Positions 7,922-16,014 of a stretch of DNA of 64,000 bases are shown here, piece after piece. This DNA comes from an uncultured Gammaproteobacteria bacterium (lineage in GTDB: Bacteria > Pseudomonadota > Gammaproteobacteria > Steroidobacterales > Steroidobacteraceae). The DNA lies in assembly GCA_963695985.1 (NCBI GenBank), contig CAVOIC010000001.1:33188-97187 (forward strand). The letters are read 5' to 3'. The first letter of the stretch is position 1; each line of letters begins with the position of its first letter. The notes beneath the pieces are model-generated. The model had not been told where the DNA came from. It saw only the letters and a program-made list of their open reading frames with translations, and searched no databases. A program made the translations under genes and the position numbers.

Positions 7922-8054
7922 ATAATGTACTGGTGCCGGGGCTGGATGCCTAGGTATTTTCCACAACTGGCTTGCCGCAGCTACGGATGCACCCGGCACG
8001 GCATTTTGACGACATTAGGCGGCGCACTGTCCGGAGCACCGGAGGGAGTTTCCA

Positions 8055-8258
8055 ATGAGCATCGACCGAATCGTACTGGCCTTTGCGGGCACCATGATCC
8101 TGCTGAGCCTGTTGCTCAGTCAGCTGGTCAGCCCGTGGTGGCTGCTGCTGGCAGCGTTCGTGGGGCTCAACCTCCTGCAGTCGGCCTTCACCGGCTTTTG
8201 CCCCCTGGCAATCATCCTGAAGAAGCTGGGCGTCAGACCTGGCGCGGCATTCGGCTGA
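8055..8258 (+). CDS. DUF2892 (YgaP-like transmembrane domain) small membrane protein
   Basis: The 67-aa product has two hydrophobic helices and the motif [14 protein letters not shown], which is typical of DUF2892. It is the first gene of the plus-strand operon. Confidence 0.85.
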   Translation: MSIDRIVLAFAGTMILLSLLLSQLVSPWWLLLAAFVGLNLLQSAFTGFCPLAIILKKLGVRPGAAFG

Positions 8259-8285
8259 TCCTTCGCGTTCGAGAGGTACGAGGCC

Positions 8286-9356
8286 ATGCGTGTGCGAGAG
8301 ACGATCGCGACGCTCTGCGTTGGCACTGTGCTGCTTGCAGGCTGTAGCCGGTCTAACGCGCCGCCAGTGGCGCAAAGTGCGCCAGCGGTCAGGGCAGTGG
8401 TCCTGCAGCCGACCCTTACTCCAGTGGAGCGCAGGCTCGATGGCGTCATCGAGGCCGTCAACCAGGGTACCGTCGCGGCGCAGACTTCGGGACGCGTCGA
8501 AGCGGTTCTCTACGATGTCAACGATTTCGTACCCGCTGGCGCAGTGATCTTACGCCTGCGCGCCACGGAGCAGCGTGCCGGTCTCCTGCAGGCGCAAGCC
8601 GCGCTGCGCGAGGCGACGGCGCGCGAGGCCGAAGCGCAGCAGCGCTATCGACGGATTGCCGACATGTACGAGCGCAAGGTCGTACCTAAGGCCACACTCG
8701 ATGAGGCCACGGCCAATCGGGACGCAGCGGTTGCCCGGCTGAGTGCCGCGCGCGCCGCGCTCGAGAGCGCGCAGGAAGGCGTTGCGTACACCGAAGTCCG
8801 GGCACCGTACGCGGGCATCGTGACCAAGCGCCTGGTCGAGGTCGGCGAGACCGTCGGTCCCGGCACGCCGCTGATGAGCGGCCTGTCGCTGCAATATCTG
8901 CGGGTGACGGTCGATATTCCGCAGTCGATCGTCGCGCAGGTACGCCGCATCAAGAAGGCGGCGGTCTACGTCGACGGACGCCGTATCGAGGCGACCAAGG
9001 TCACCGTGTTTGCGGAAGCCTCATCGCCCTCGAACACGTTTCGCGCGCGGCTCGAGCTCCCGGAAAACGCGACCGATCTGTTTCCCGGGATGTTCGTGAA
9101 GGCCGGCTTCGTGACCGGCGAGGCCGAGCGCCTTCTAGTGCCGGCAAGCGCGCTCGTCGTGCGCAGCGAAGTGACGGCCGTCTACGTGCTCGATTCGAGT
9201 GGACGCACGTCCATGCGACAGGTGCGCGTGGGCAGCCGCTTCGGCGACACAGTCGAGGTGCTCTCGGGGTTGGTCGCAGGCGAGCGTGTCGCGGTCGACC
9301 CGCTGGTCGCCATGAAAGACCTCAAGCCCGCGACGTCGTCAGGTCCGGGCGCATGA
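8286..9356 (+). CDS. Efflux RND transporter periplasmic adaptor subunit (membrane fusion protein)
   Basis: A lipoprotein signal is present (LLAGCS). The product has HlyD-type alpha-hairpin and beta-barrel architecture (VRAPYAGIVTKRLVEVGETVGPGTPL). Confidence 0.9.
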   Translation: MRVRETIATLCVGTVLLAGCSRSNAPPVAQSAPAVRAVVLQPTLTPVERRLDGVIEAVNQGTVAAQTSGRVEAVLYDVNDFVPAGAVILRLRATEQRAGLLQAQAALREATAREAEAQQRYRRIADMYERKVVPKATLDEATANRDAAVARLSAARAALESAQEGVAYTEVRAPYAGIVTKRLVEVGETVGPGTPLMSGLSLQYLRVTVDIPQSIVAQVRRIKKAAVYVDGRRIEATKVTVFAEASSPSNTFRARLELPENATDLFPGMFVKAGFVTGEAERLLVPASALVVRSEVTAVYVLDSSGRTSMRQVRVGSRFGDTVEVLSGLVAGERVAVDPLVAMKDLKPATSSGPGA

Positions 9357-9393
9357 TTGATGCGGGCGTTGGTGGGGGTCGGAGTACCGCGCC

Positions 9394-12300
9394 GTGAGCG
9401 ATGCGGTCGGCTTCAGCGGCCGCGTGGCGCAGCGGTTCCTGGGGAGCCAGCTCACACCGCTCCTGGCGCTCGCGGCCCTGCTTGATGGGTGTCTTCGCCG
9501 TGCTCGTGACGCCGCGCGAGGAAGAGCCGCAGATCGATGTCACGTTCGCCAACGTTTTCGTCGCCTTTCCCGGAGCTTCAGCCGAGCAGGTGGAGAACCT
9601 CGTGGCCTCGCCCCTGGAGCAGGTGCTCGGGGAAATTTCGGGCGTGGATCACATCTTCTCCACGTCCCGCCCAGGCCTCGCAATCCTCAGCGTTCAGTTC
9701 AAGGTGGGCGAGCGGCGCACGGACGCCATCGTGCGGCTCTACAACGCCATCTACTCGAACCTCGACTGGCGGCCGCCGAATGCGGGAATTCTCGCAGCCG
9801 TTGGTGAAGCCAAAAGGTATCGACGATGTTCCGATCGTCACGCTGACGCTCTGGACCGAGGATCCGAAACGCGGCACGCACGAGTCGGGGCAGGTTGCGC
9901 ACTCGATCGAGACTGAGATCAAGCGCGTGCCCGGTACACGCAACGTCTACACGATCGGCAGCCCGCAGAGCGTCATTCGCGTGGAGCTGGATCCGCAGAA
10001 GCTCGCCGGCTACGGCCTGACGACTGCTGACCTCTCGCGGGCATTGGTGGCGGCCAATGTCGTGCAGCACGTCGGCGCGCTGGTGGGCGAGAATCGCGTC
10101 ACGCCGGTGGACGCGGGGGAATTCCTGGCCAACCGCGATGATGTCGCGGGGCTCGTCGTCGCGGTCGATCGCGGCCGTCCGGTCTATCTGGAAGAAGTGG
10201 CCGACGTATCGGCACAGGCCGAACAACCCGGATCGTATGCCTGGCTTGGAACGGGTCCGGGCGCGGCTACGCGCGGGCTGCCGGATATCGCGCATGCTCC
10301 TGCGGTCACGATCGCGGTTTCGAAGCAGCCGGGCGTCAACGCGATCAGCGTCGCCCGCCAGGTGATCCAGCGAATCGAGCACCTGCGCGGCACCTACGTG
10401 CCTGAAGGCGTCGAGCTCACCGTGACGCGCAACTACGGCGAGACGGCCAACGACAAGGCCAAGAAGCTCATCGAGAAACTGCTCTTCGCCACAGCGTCCG
10501 TCGTGCTTCTGGTGATGCTCACCATGGGCCGACGGGAAGCCGTGGTCGTCGGCGCGGCAGTGACCGTCACTCTGGCAGCCACGTTGTTCGCTTCCTGGGC
10601 CTGGGGCTTCACGATCAACCGCGTTTCTCTGTTCGCGCTCATCTTTTCGATCGGCATCCTGGTGGACGATGCCATCGTGGTGGTGGAGAACATCCACCGC
10701 CACATGCGCCTGGGCGGCGGCACGCTGACCGAACTGATTCCGCGCGCCGTGGACGAGGTCGGCGGACCCGACCATCCTGGCTACCTTCACGGTCATCGCG
10801 GCACTGTTGCCGATGGCGTTCGTGAGCGGCCTGATGGGGCCATACATGAGCCCGATACCCATCAACTCGAGCATGGGCATGCTCATATCGCTCGCGGTCG
10901 CGTTGATCTTTACGCCGTGGCTGTGCCGCAAGCTTCTCGGCAGGAGCCACGCCAGCGAGGGCACACAGGAAGCCGCATGGTTGACGCGCGTGTTCGAGCG
11001 GCTCGTGCGCCCCTTTCTGGGCGCCGGCGCACGCCCGCGGCGCCACAAGCTCTATTGGGGAATTCTGGCGGCGATCTTGCTCGCGGTCGGACTGGTTACA
11101 GTGAAGCTGGTGGTATTGAAGATGCTGCCCTTCGACAACAAGTCCGAGTTTCAGGTCGTCGCCAATTTGCCCGAAGGGACCACGTTGGAAACGACTGCGC
11201 GGCTGCTGGATCAGTTGTCGCATGTCATCGAGCGCGTACCGGAAGTGAGCGACTACCAGGCTTACGCGGGCACTTCCGCACCGATCAACTTCAATGGGCT
11301 CGTGCGCCAATATTACCTGCGCCAGAGTCCCGAGCTGGGCGACGTCCAGGTCAATCTCGTCGACAAGCGCCACCGCAGCCGCAAGAGTCACGAGATTGCG
11401 CTTGCGGTCCGACCCCAGCTTGCCGCCATCGGCAGCAAATACGGCGCGTCGGTTCAGGTCGTCGAAGTGCCGCCGGGTCCGCCGGTACGGGCCCCGATCG
11501 TGGCCGAAGTGTACGGGCCGCGCTATGCCGAGCAGCGGCGCCTGGCGCAGCAGATCCGCGCAGTCTTCGACACTACCAAGGACGTCGTCGACGTGGACGA
11601 CAGCATCGAGGCATCGTCCCCGCGCTACGTGGTGGCTGTCGACCGGCAGAAGGCGGCACTGCTCGGCATCTCCGAGGAGCAGATCGTGCAGGCGATGGCC
11701 GCGGGACTGCAGGGCTCGGACGTCACCTACGTGCACCTGGGGCGCGAGCGCTATCCGATCCCGGTGCGCCTGCAACTGCCGGTGGCCAACCAGGCGAGTA
11801 TCGGGCAATTGCTCGAGCTCGAAGTCCGCTCGACGGGTGGCGCGCTCGTACCCTTGTCTGAACTCGTGAATGTACGCACCACCGAGTGGGACGGCGCCAT
11901 CCATCACAAGGATCTGCTCCCGGTGGCCTACGTCACGGGAGACATGGCCGGGCATCTCGATAGCCCGCTGTACGGCATGTTCGACATCGTCGGGCGCATC
12001 GGCCGGGAGTTCGCCGGCGCCGCGAAAATTGAACAACGCTTCGTGAGCCAGCCAGACGATCCGAACGCACAGACAATCAGGTGGGACGGGGAGTGGCGGA
12101 TCACCTACGAGACATTCCGCGACATGGGCATTGCCTATTCGGTGGGTCTGCTCCTCATCTATCTGCTGGTCGTAGCGCAGTTCGGTTCCTATGCGCTGCC
12201 GCTGATCATCATGGCGCCGATCCCGCTCACCATCATCGGCGTGATGCCGGGACACGCGCTCCTCGGCGCGCAGTTCACGGCGACTTCCATGATCGGGATG

Positions 12301-12609
12301 ATCGCGCTGGCCGGCATCATCGTGCGCAACTCTATCCTGCTGGTGGATTTCATCGATACGGAGCTGCGCGCGGGCCGCAGTCTCGAGGATGCCGTCATCC
12401 GTGCCGGTGCGATCCGGGCCAGGCCGATTGCGCTCACGGCGTTGGCGGCCATGATTGGCGCGTTTTTCATTCTCGACGATCCGATCTTCAACGGGCTCGC
12501 CGTGTCACTCATCTTCGGCATCTTCGTCTCGACCGTGCTCACGCTGCTGGTGATCCCGGTCCTTTACTACGCCTATCTCAACCGGAGCACGGCGCGCGCT
12601 GCGCGCTGA
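9394..12609 (+). pseudogene. RND efflux permease (AcrB/CzcA superfamily), interrupted by three +1 frameshifts
   Basis: A continuous RND-like protein can only be read by changing frame three times. The first change is near 9484 (..QLTPLLALAALL | MGVFAVLVTPREEEPQIDV). The second is near 9791 (..DWRPPNAGI | SQPLVKPKGIDDVPI). The third is at 10767 in a CCC run (..AVDEVGG | PTILATFTVIAALLPMAF). The total is ~1070 codons. The conserved SIGILVDDAIVVVENI motif is present. Confidence 0.9.
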
Positions 12610-12620
12610 GGAGGAACATC

Positions 12621-13901
12621 ATGGCTCACGTTGCAATCATCGGTGCGGGCATCGGTGGCGTGCCTTGCGCCTATGAGCTGCGCAAGCGACTCGGCAAGCA
12701 GCATCGCATCACCCTGATCGGAAGCGCGCCCCACTTCGAATTCACACCGTCGAACCCCTGGATCGCGGTCGGCTGGCGCAAGCGCGAGCAGACGCGCGTC
12801 GCTCTGCATGAGCCGCTCGAGAAGAAGGGCATCCAGTGGCTGGCGGAAGCCGTGACCCTGATCGACCCGGCCACCAGGACGCTTACCCTGCACGATGGGC
12901 ATCGGCTCGAATACGACTACCTCGTGATCACCACCGGGCCGAAGCTCGCCTTCGAGGAAGTACCCGGCCTGGGCCCGGAAGGCCACACGCAATCGATCTG
13001 CACCCAGGAACATGCGGCACGCGCGTGGGAGAAGTATCAGGAGTTCCTGCAGAACCCGGGCCCGGTAGTAGTCGGGGCCGCAGCGGGCGCGAGCTGTTTC
13101 GGGCCGGCGTATGAGTTCGCGATGATCATCGACGCGGACCTGCGCAAGCGCAGATTGCGCGATCGCGTGCCGATAACGTTCGTTACCAGCGAACCCTACA
13201 TCGGACATATGGGTCTCGGCGGCGTCGGGGACAGCAAGGGACTCATGGAGTCGGAGCTGCGCCAGCGCCATATCAAATGGATCACCAACGCCAAGATCAC
13301 CGCCGTCGCGGCCGGATTGATGTCCGTGACCGAGGTCGACGATGAAGGCAAGCCGAGGAAGGAAGCGCAGCTGCCATTCCAGTATGCGATGGTCATTCCA
13401 GCCTTCAAGGGTGTCGATGCCGTCGCAGCCGTGCCGGAGCTGTGCAATCCGCGCGGCTTCGTGCAGATCGACCCGCACCAGCGCTCGAAGAAGTATCCCA
13501 ACATCTACTCGGCCGGTGTGTGCGTCGCGATTCCTCCGGTCGAGGTGACACCGGTGCCTACGGGAGCGCCCAAGACCGGCTACATGATCGAATCGATGGT
13601 GAGCGCAATCTGTGAAAACATCGCAGCCGAGCTGGCCGGCCAGCCGGCGAGCGCGCAGGCCACCTGGAACGCGATCTGCCTTGCCGACTTCGGAGATACC
13701 GGGGCGGCGTTTGTTGCCCTGCCGGAGATTCCGCCGCGCAACGTCACATGGACGAAGGTCGGCAAGTGGGTCCACGTGGCGAAGATTGCCTTCGAGAAGT
13801 ACTTCCTGCGCAAGGTGCGCACCGGCTCGGTCACACCGGTGTACGAGAAGTACGTGCTGAAGGTGCTCGGCATCGCGTCGTTGAAGCAGGTTCGGCCATG
13901 A
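12621..13901 (+). CDS. sqr: Sulfide:quinone oxidoreductase, type I-like
   Basis: ATG at 12621 is preceded by GGAGGA. The N-terminal FAD fold is VAIIGAGIGG. Cys127 (SICTQ), Cys159 (GASCFGPAYEF) and Cys352 (AICLADFG) are present. The product is 426 aa. Confidence 0.9.
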   Translation: MAHVAIIGAGIGGVPCAYELRKRLGKQHRITLIGSAPHFEFTPSNPWIAVGWRKREQTRVALHEPLEKKGIQWLAEAVTLIDPATRTLTLHDGHRLEYDYLVITTGPKLAFEEVPGLGPEGHTQSICTQEHAARAWEKYQEFLQNPGPVVVGAAAGASCFGPAYEFAMIIDADLRKRRLRDRVPITFVTSEPYIGHMGLGGVGDSKGLMESELRQRHIKWITNAKITAVAAGLMSVTEVDDEGKPRKEAQLPFQYAMVIPAFKGVDAVAAVPELCNPRGFVQIDPHQRSKKYPNIYSAGVCVAIPPVEVTPVPTGAPKTGYMIESMVSAICENIAAELAGQPASAQATWNAICLADFGDTGAAFVALPEIPPRNVTWTKVGKWVHVAKIAFEKYFLRKVRTGSVTPVYEKYVLKVLGIASLKQVRP

Positions 13902-15205
13902 GCGCGCGCCGGGCGGCGCAACCCTTCGCGCTGGCGTTGCTCGTAGCACTCACGTCACCAGGTGCACTCGTGGCAGAGACGCTGCAGGACGCCTGGCAGC
14001 TGGCCGTCGCCCGGGACAAGGCGCTCGCCGCAGCGACTCTCGATGTGGAAGGTGCGCAAGCCGAGGAACGCGCGGTGCGCGGTGCGCGTTGGCCATCGCT
14101 GGAAGCCGGCGCGGGCTACACGTTTCTCAACGAGTCCCCACGGTTCGATATCTCGACGTCGACCGGGACCTTTCGCTCCGGACCGATCTTCGAGGACGAC
14201 CAGTTTCTCGCCGCCACCGTGCAAGTAAAGCTGCCGCTGTACACCGGTGGGCAGATTCGGGCGCGAATCAATGCCGCCCAGCAGGCCGCACTGGGCGCAT
14301 CCGAGAACGAGCAGGCCACAGCTATGGCGTTGAGGCTTGATGTAGCCGAGGCCTACGTCAGCGTGCTGCGCGCGCGGCGCGCTCTGCGAGCGGCCGAATC
14401 GAGCGTGGAGAGCCTCACAGCTCACGTCGGCGACGTGCAACAGATGGTGGAGCGCGACCTGGTGCCGACGAGTGACCTTCTGGCGGCGCGGGTTGCTCTC
14501 GCCAACGCCGAGCAGCGCCGTGTGCGTGTGGCCAATTCGGTCGAGATCGCGCAGGCCACATACAACCGCCGCCTGGGCGAACCGCTGGCGCGCTCACCCG
14601 AGCTGGATGAGACGCTACCGGTCGATGCCTCGCTCCCCGACACGCCGATCGAGGAGCTGATTGGGCGCGCCGTCGAATCCCGCAGCGAGCTCAAGGTCCT
14701 GCAGGCGCAGGCCGACGCCTTAGCCTCGCGGTCGCGCGCCGAGAAGGGCAGGCTTCTGCCACAGCTGGCGCTGACAGGCGGTTATGCGCATCTCGACAAC
14801 GAAATACTGGATCGCCAGGATGTCTCGATGATCGGCGTCGGGTTTGCCTGGAACGTGTTCGATGGCGGACAGGCGCGCAATCACGCCGCGGCGCTGGACA
14901 GCGCAAGCCGCGCCACGAGGAGTCGACTGGAGGACCTGCACTCGATGATCGAGCTGGAAGTGCGCCAGGACTGGCTGGGCGTGCAGGAGGCGCGGGCGCG
15001 GGTGAAGGCCTCGCGCGAGGCCGTCGCACAGGCGCAAGAGAACCTGCGGATCTCGCGCGAGCTTTATGGCGGGGGCCTCGGCACCAACACCCAGGTGCTG
15101 GATGCCGTCACGCTGGAGGTCGAGGCGATCAATAACCAGAACAACGCCAATCTTGACGAATCGCTCGCCACGTTGCGCCTCGCGCGGGCGGTCGGTGCCC
15201 TCTGA
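13898..15205 (+). CDS. TolC-family outer-membrane efflux factor
   Basis: A signal peptide is present (ALALLVALTSPGALVA). Two repeated coiled-coil/OEP halves follow (LLPQLALTGGYAH...). The start overlaps the sqr stop (ATGA). Confidence 0.9.
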   Translation: MSARRAAQPFALALLVALTSPGALVAETLQDAWQLAVARDKALAAATLDVEGAQAEERAVRGARWPSLEAGAGYTFLNESPRFDISTSTGTFRSGPIFEDDQFLAATVQVKLPLYTGGQIRARINAAQQAALGASENEQATAMALRLDVAEAYVSVLRARRALRAAESSVESLTAHVGDVQQMVERDLVPTSDLLAARVALANAEQRRVRVANSVEIAQATYNRRLGEPLARSPELDETLPVDASLPDTPIEELIGRAVESRSELKVLQAQADALASRSRAEKGRLLPQLALTGGYAHLDNEILDRQDVSMIGVGFAWNVFDGGQARNHAAALDSASRATRSRLEDLHSMIELEVRQDWLGVQEARARVKASREAVAQAQENLRISRELYGGGLGTNTQVLDAVTLEVEAINNQNNANLDESLATLRLARAVGAL

Positions 15206-15227
15206 TAACATCATCCCGGGGTGACTC

Positions 15228-15989
15228 ATGCTCAAGCTCTACCACGCGGAACCCGTTGCCAACTCGCTCAAGGCGCTGATTGCCCTGAAGGAGAAAGGAC
15301 TCGAGTTCCAGAGCATCTATGTCGATCTGCACAAGTTCGAGCAGCACGAGCCCTGGTTCGTCGCCATCAACCCGGAGGGCCAGGTACCGGTGCTGGACCA
15401 CGATGGGTTCATTGTCACGCACACCACCGTGATCAATGAGTACCTCGAGGATGCATTCCCGGAGGCGCCGGCGCTGCGGCCCGCCGACCCGCAGGGCAAG
15501 GCGCGCATGCGCTACTGGAACAAGTTCTGCGACGAGCACGTCATGAACTACGTGTCCATGCACGGCTGGCATCGCATGGTCGCGATCATTGCGCGGTCGG
15601 TCGACGCGGGTGAGTTCGAGCGGCTGATGGCACGCATCCCGCTGCACGAGCAGCGCGAGAAGTGGCGCACGGCGCGCTCGGGCTTCAGCCCGGCGGATCT
15701 CGCCAACGCCACGCGCAAGATCGAAGTGGCGGTGGACAAGGTGGAGAAGCAGCTCGCTGCGACACCGTGGCTGGCGGGATCGATGTATACCCTCGCCGAT
15801 GTAAACTTCTTCGCCTATTGCGGCGTGTCGCTGCAACGCATGTTTCCGGAGATGAAGCTCGAGACGCGTGCGCCACGTCTGCTCGACTGGCTGGCGCGCG
15901 TGCGCGCACGTCCCGGCGTGAAGGCGGCGCTGGCGATGCCGGATCGTACGAACCCGGCGCTACGAACCTTCACGGGCGAGGCGCGCTGA
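15228..15989 (+). CDS. Glutathione S-transferase family protein, LigF-like (beta-etherase clade) by motif resemblance
   Basis: KLYH..ANSLK..IALKEKGLEF....VDLHKFEQHEPWF..INPEGQVPVLDHDG..VT....I.EYLEDAFPE...LRPADP resembles the Sphingobium LigF N-terminus as I remember it. The gene starts 22 nt after the OMF stop. Confidence 0.8.
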   Translation: MLKLYHAEPVANSLKALIALKEKGLEFQSIYVDLHKFEQHEPWFVAINPEGQVPVLDHDGFIVTHTTVINEYLEDAFPEAPALRPADPQGKARMRYWNKFCDEHVMNYVSMHGWHRMVAIIARSVDAGEFERLMARIPLHEQREKWRTARSGFSPADLANATRKIEVAVDKVEKQLAATPWLAGSMYTLADVNFFAYCGVSLQRMFPEMKLETRAPRLLDWLARVRARPGVKAALAMPDRTNPALRTFTGEAR

Positions 15990-16014
15990 GGAGGCAGGTA
16001 GGGCACAGCGGCGC

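Noticed and set aside
7925-8347. 140-aa plus-strand ORF overlapping the DUF2892 gene
   Set aside because: It is in a different frame from the DUF2892 ORF, which has a typical two-helix sequence and an SD. The 140-aa product is Arg/Gly/Pro-rich with no pattern.
9480-10775. Programmed ribosomal frameshifting as an explanation for the RND (and cydA/rhomboid) frame changes
   Set aside because: There is no slippery heptamer, no in-frame rare or stop codon pause, and no obvious downstream pseudoknot at any of the five sites. RND permeases, CydA and rhomboids are not known to use recoding. Indels, real or artefactual, are the simpler explanation.
9699-12255. Long antisense ORFs (449 aa at 9699-11048 and 538 aa at 10639-12255) opposite the RND permease
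   Set aside because: They have Arg/His/Asp-rich, low-complexity translations and lie antisense to a gene with clear RND motifs. I see no start or SD context worth noting.
12081-13949. 606-aa plus-strand ORF starting at 12081, and 458-aa antisense ORF at 12573-13949
   Set aside because: The first 180 residues of the 606-aa ORF are an out-of-frame reading of the RND 3' end. The SQR sequence and its GGAGGA/ATG begin at 12621. The antisense ORF has no protein-like pattern.
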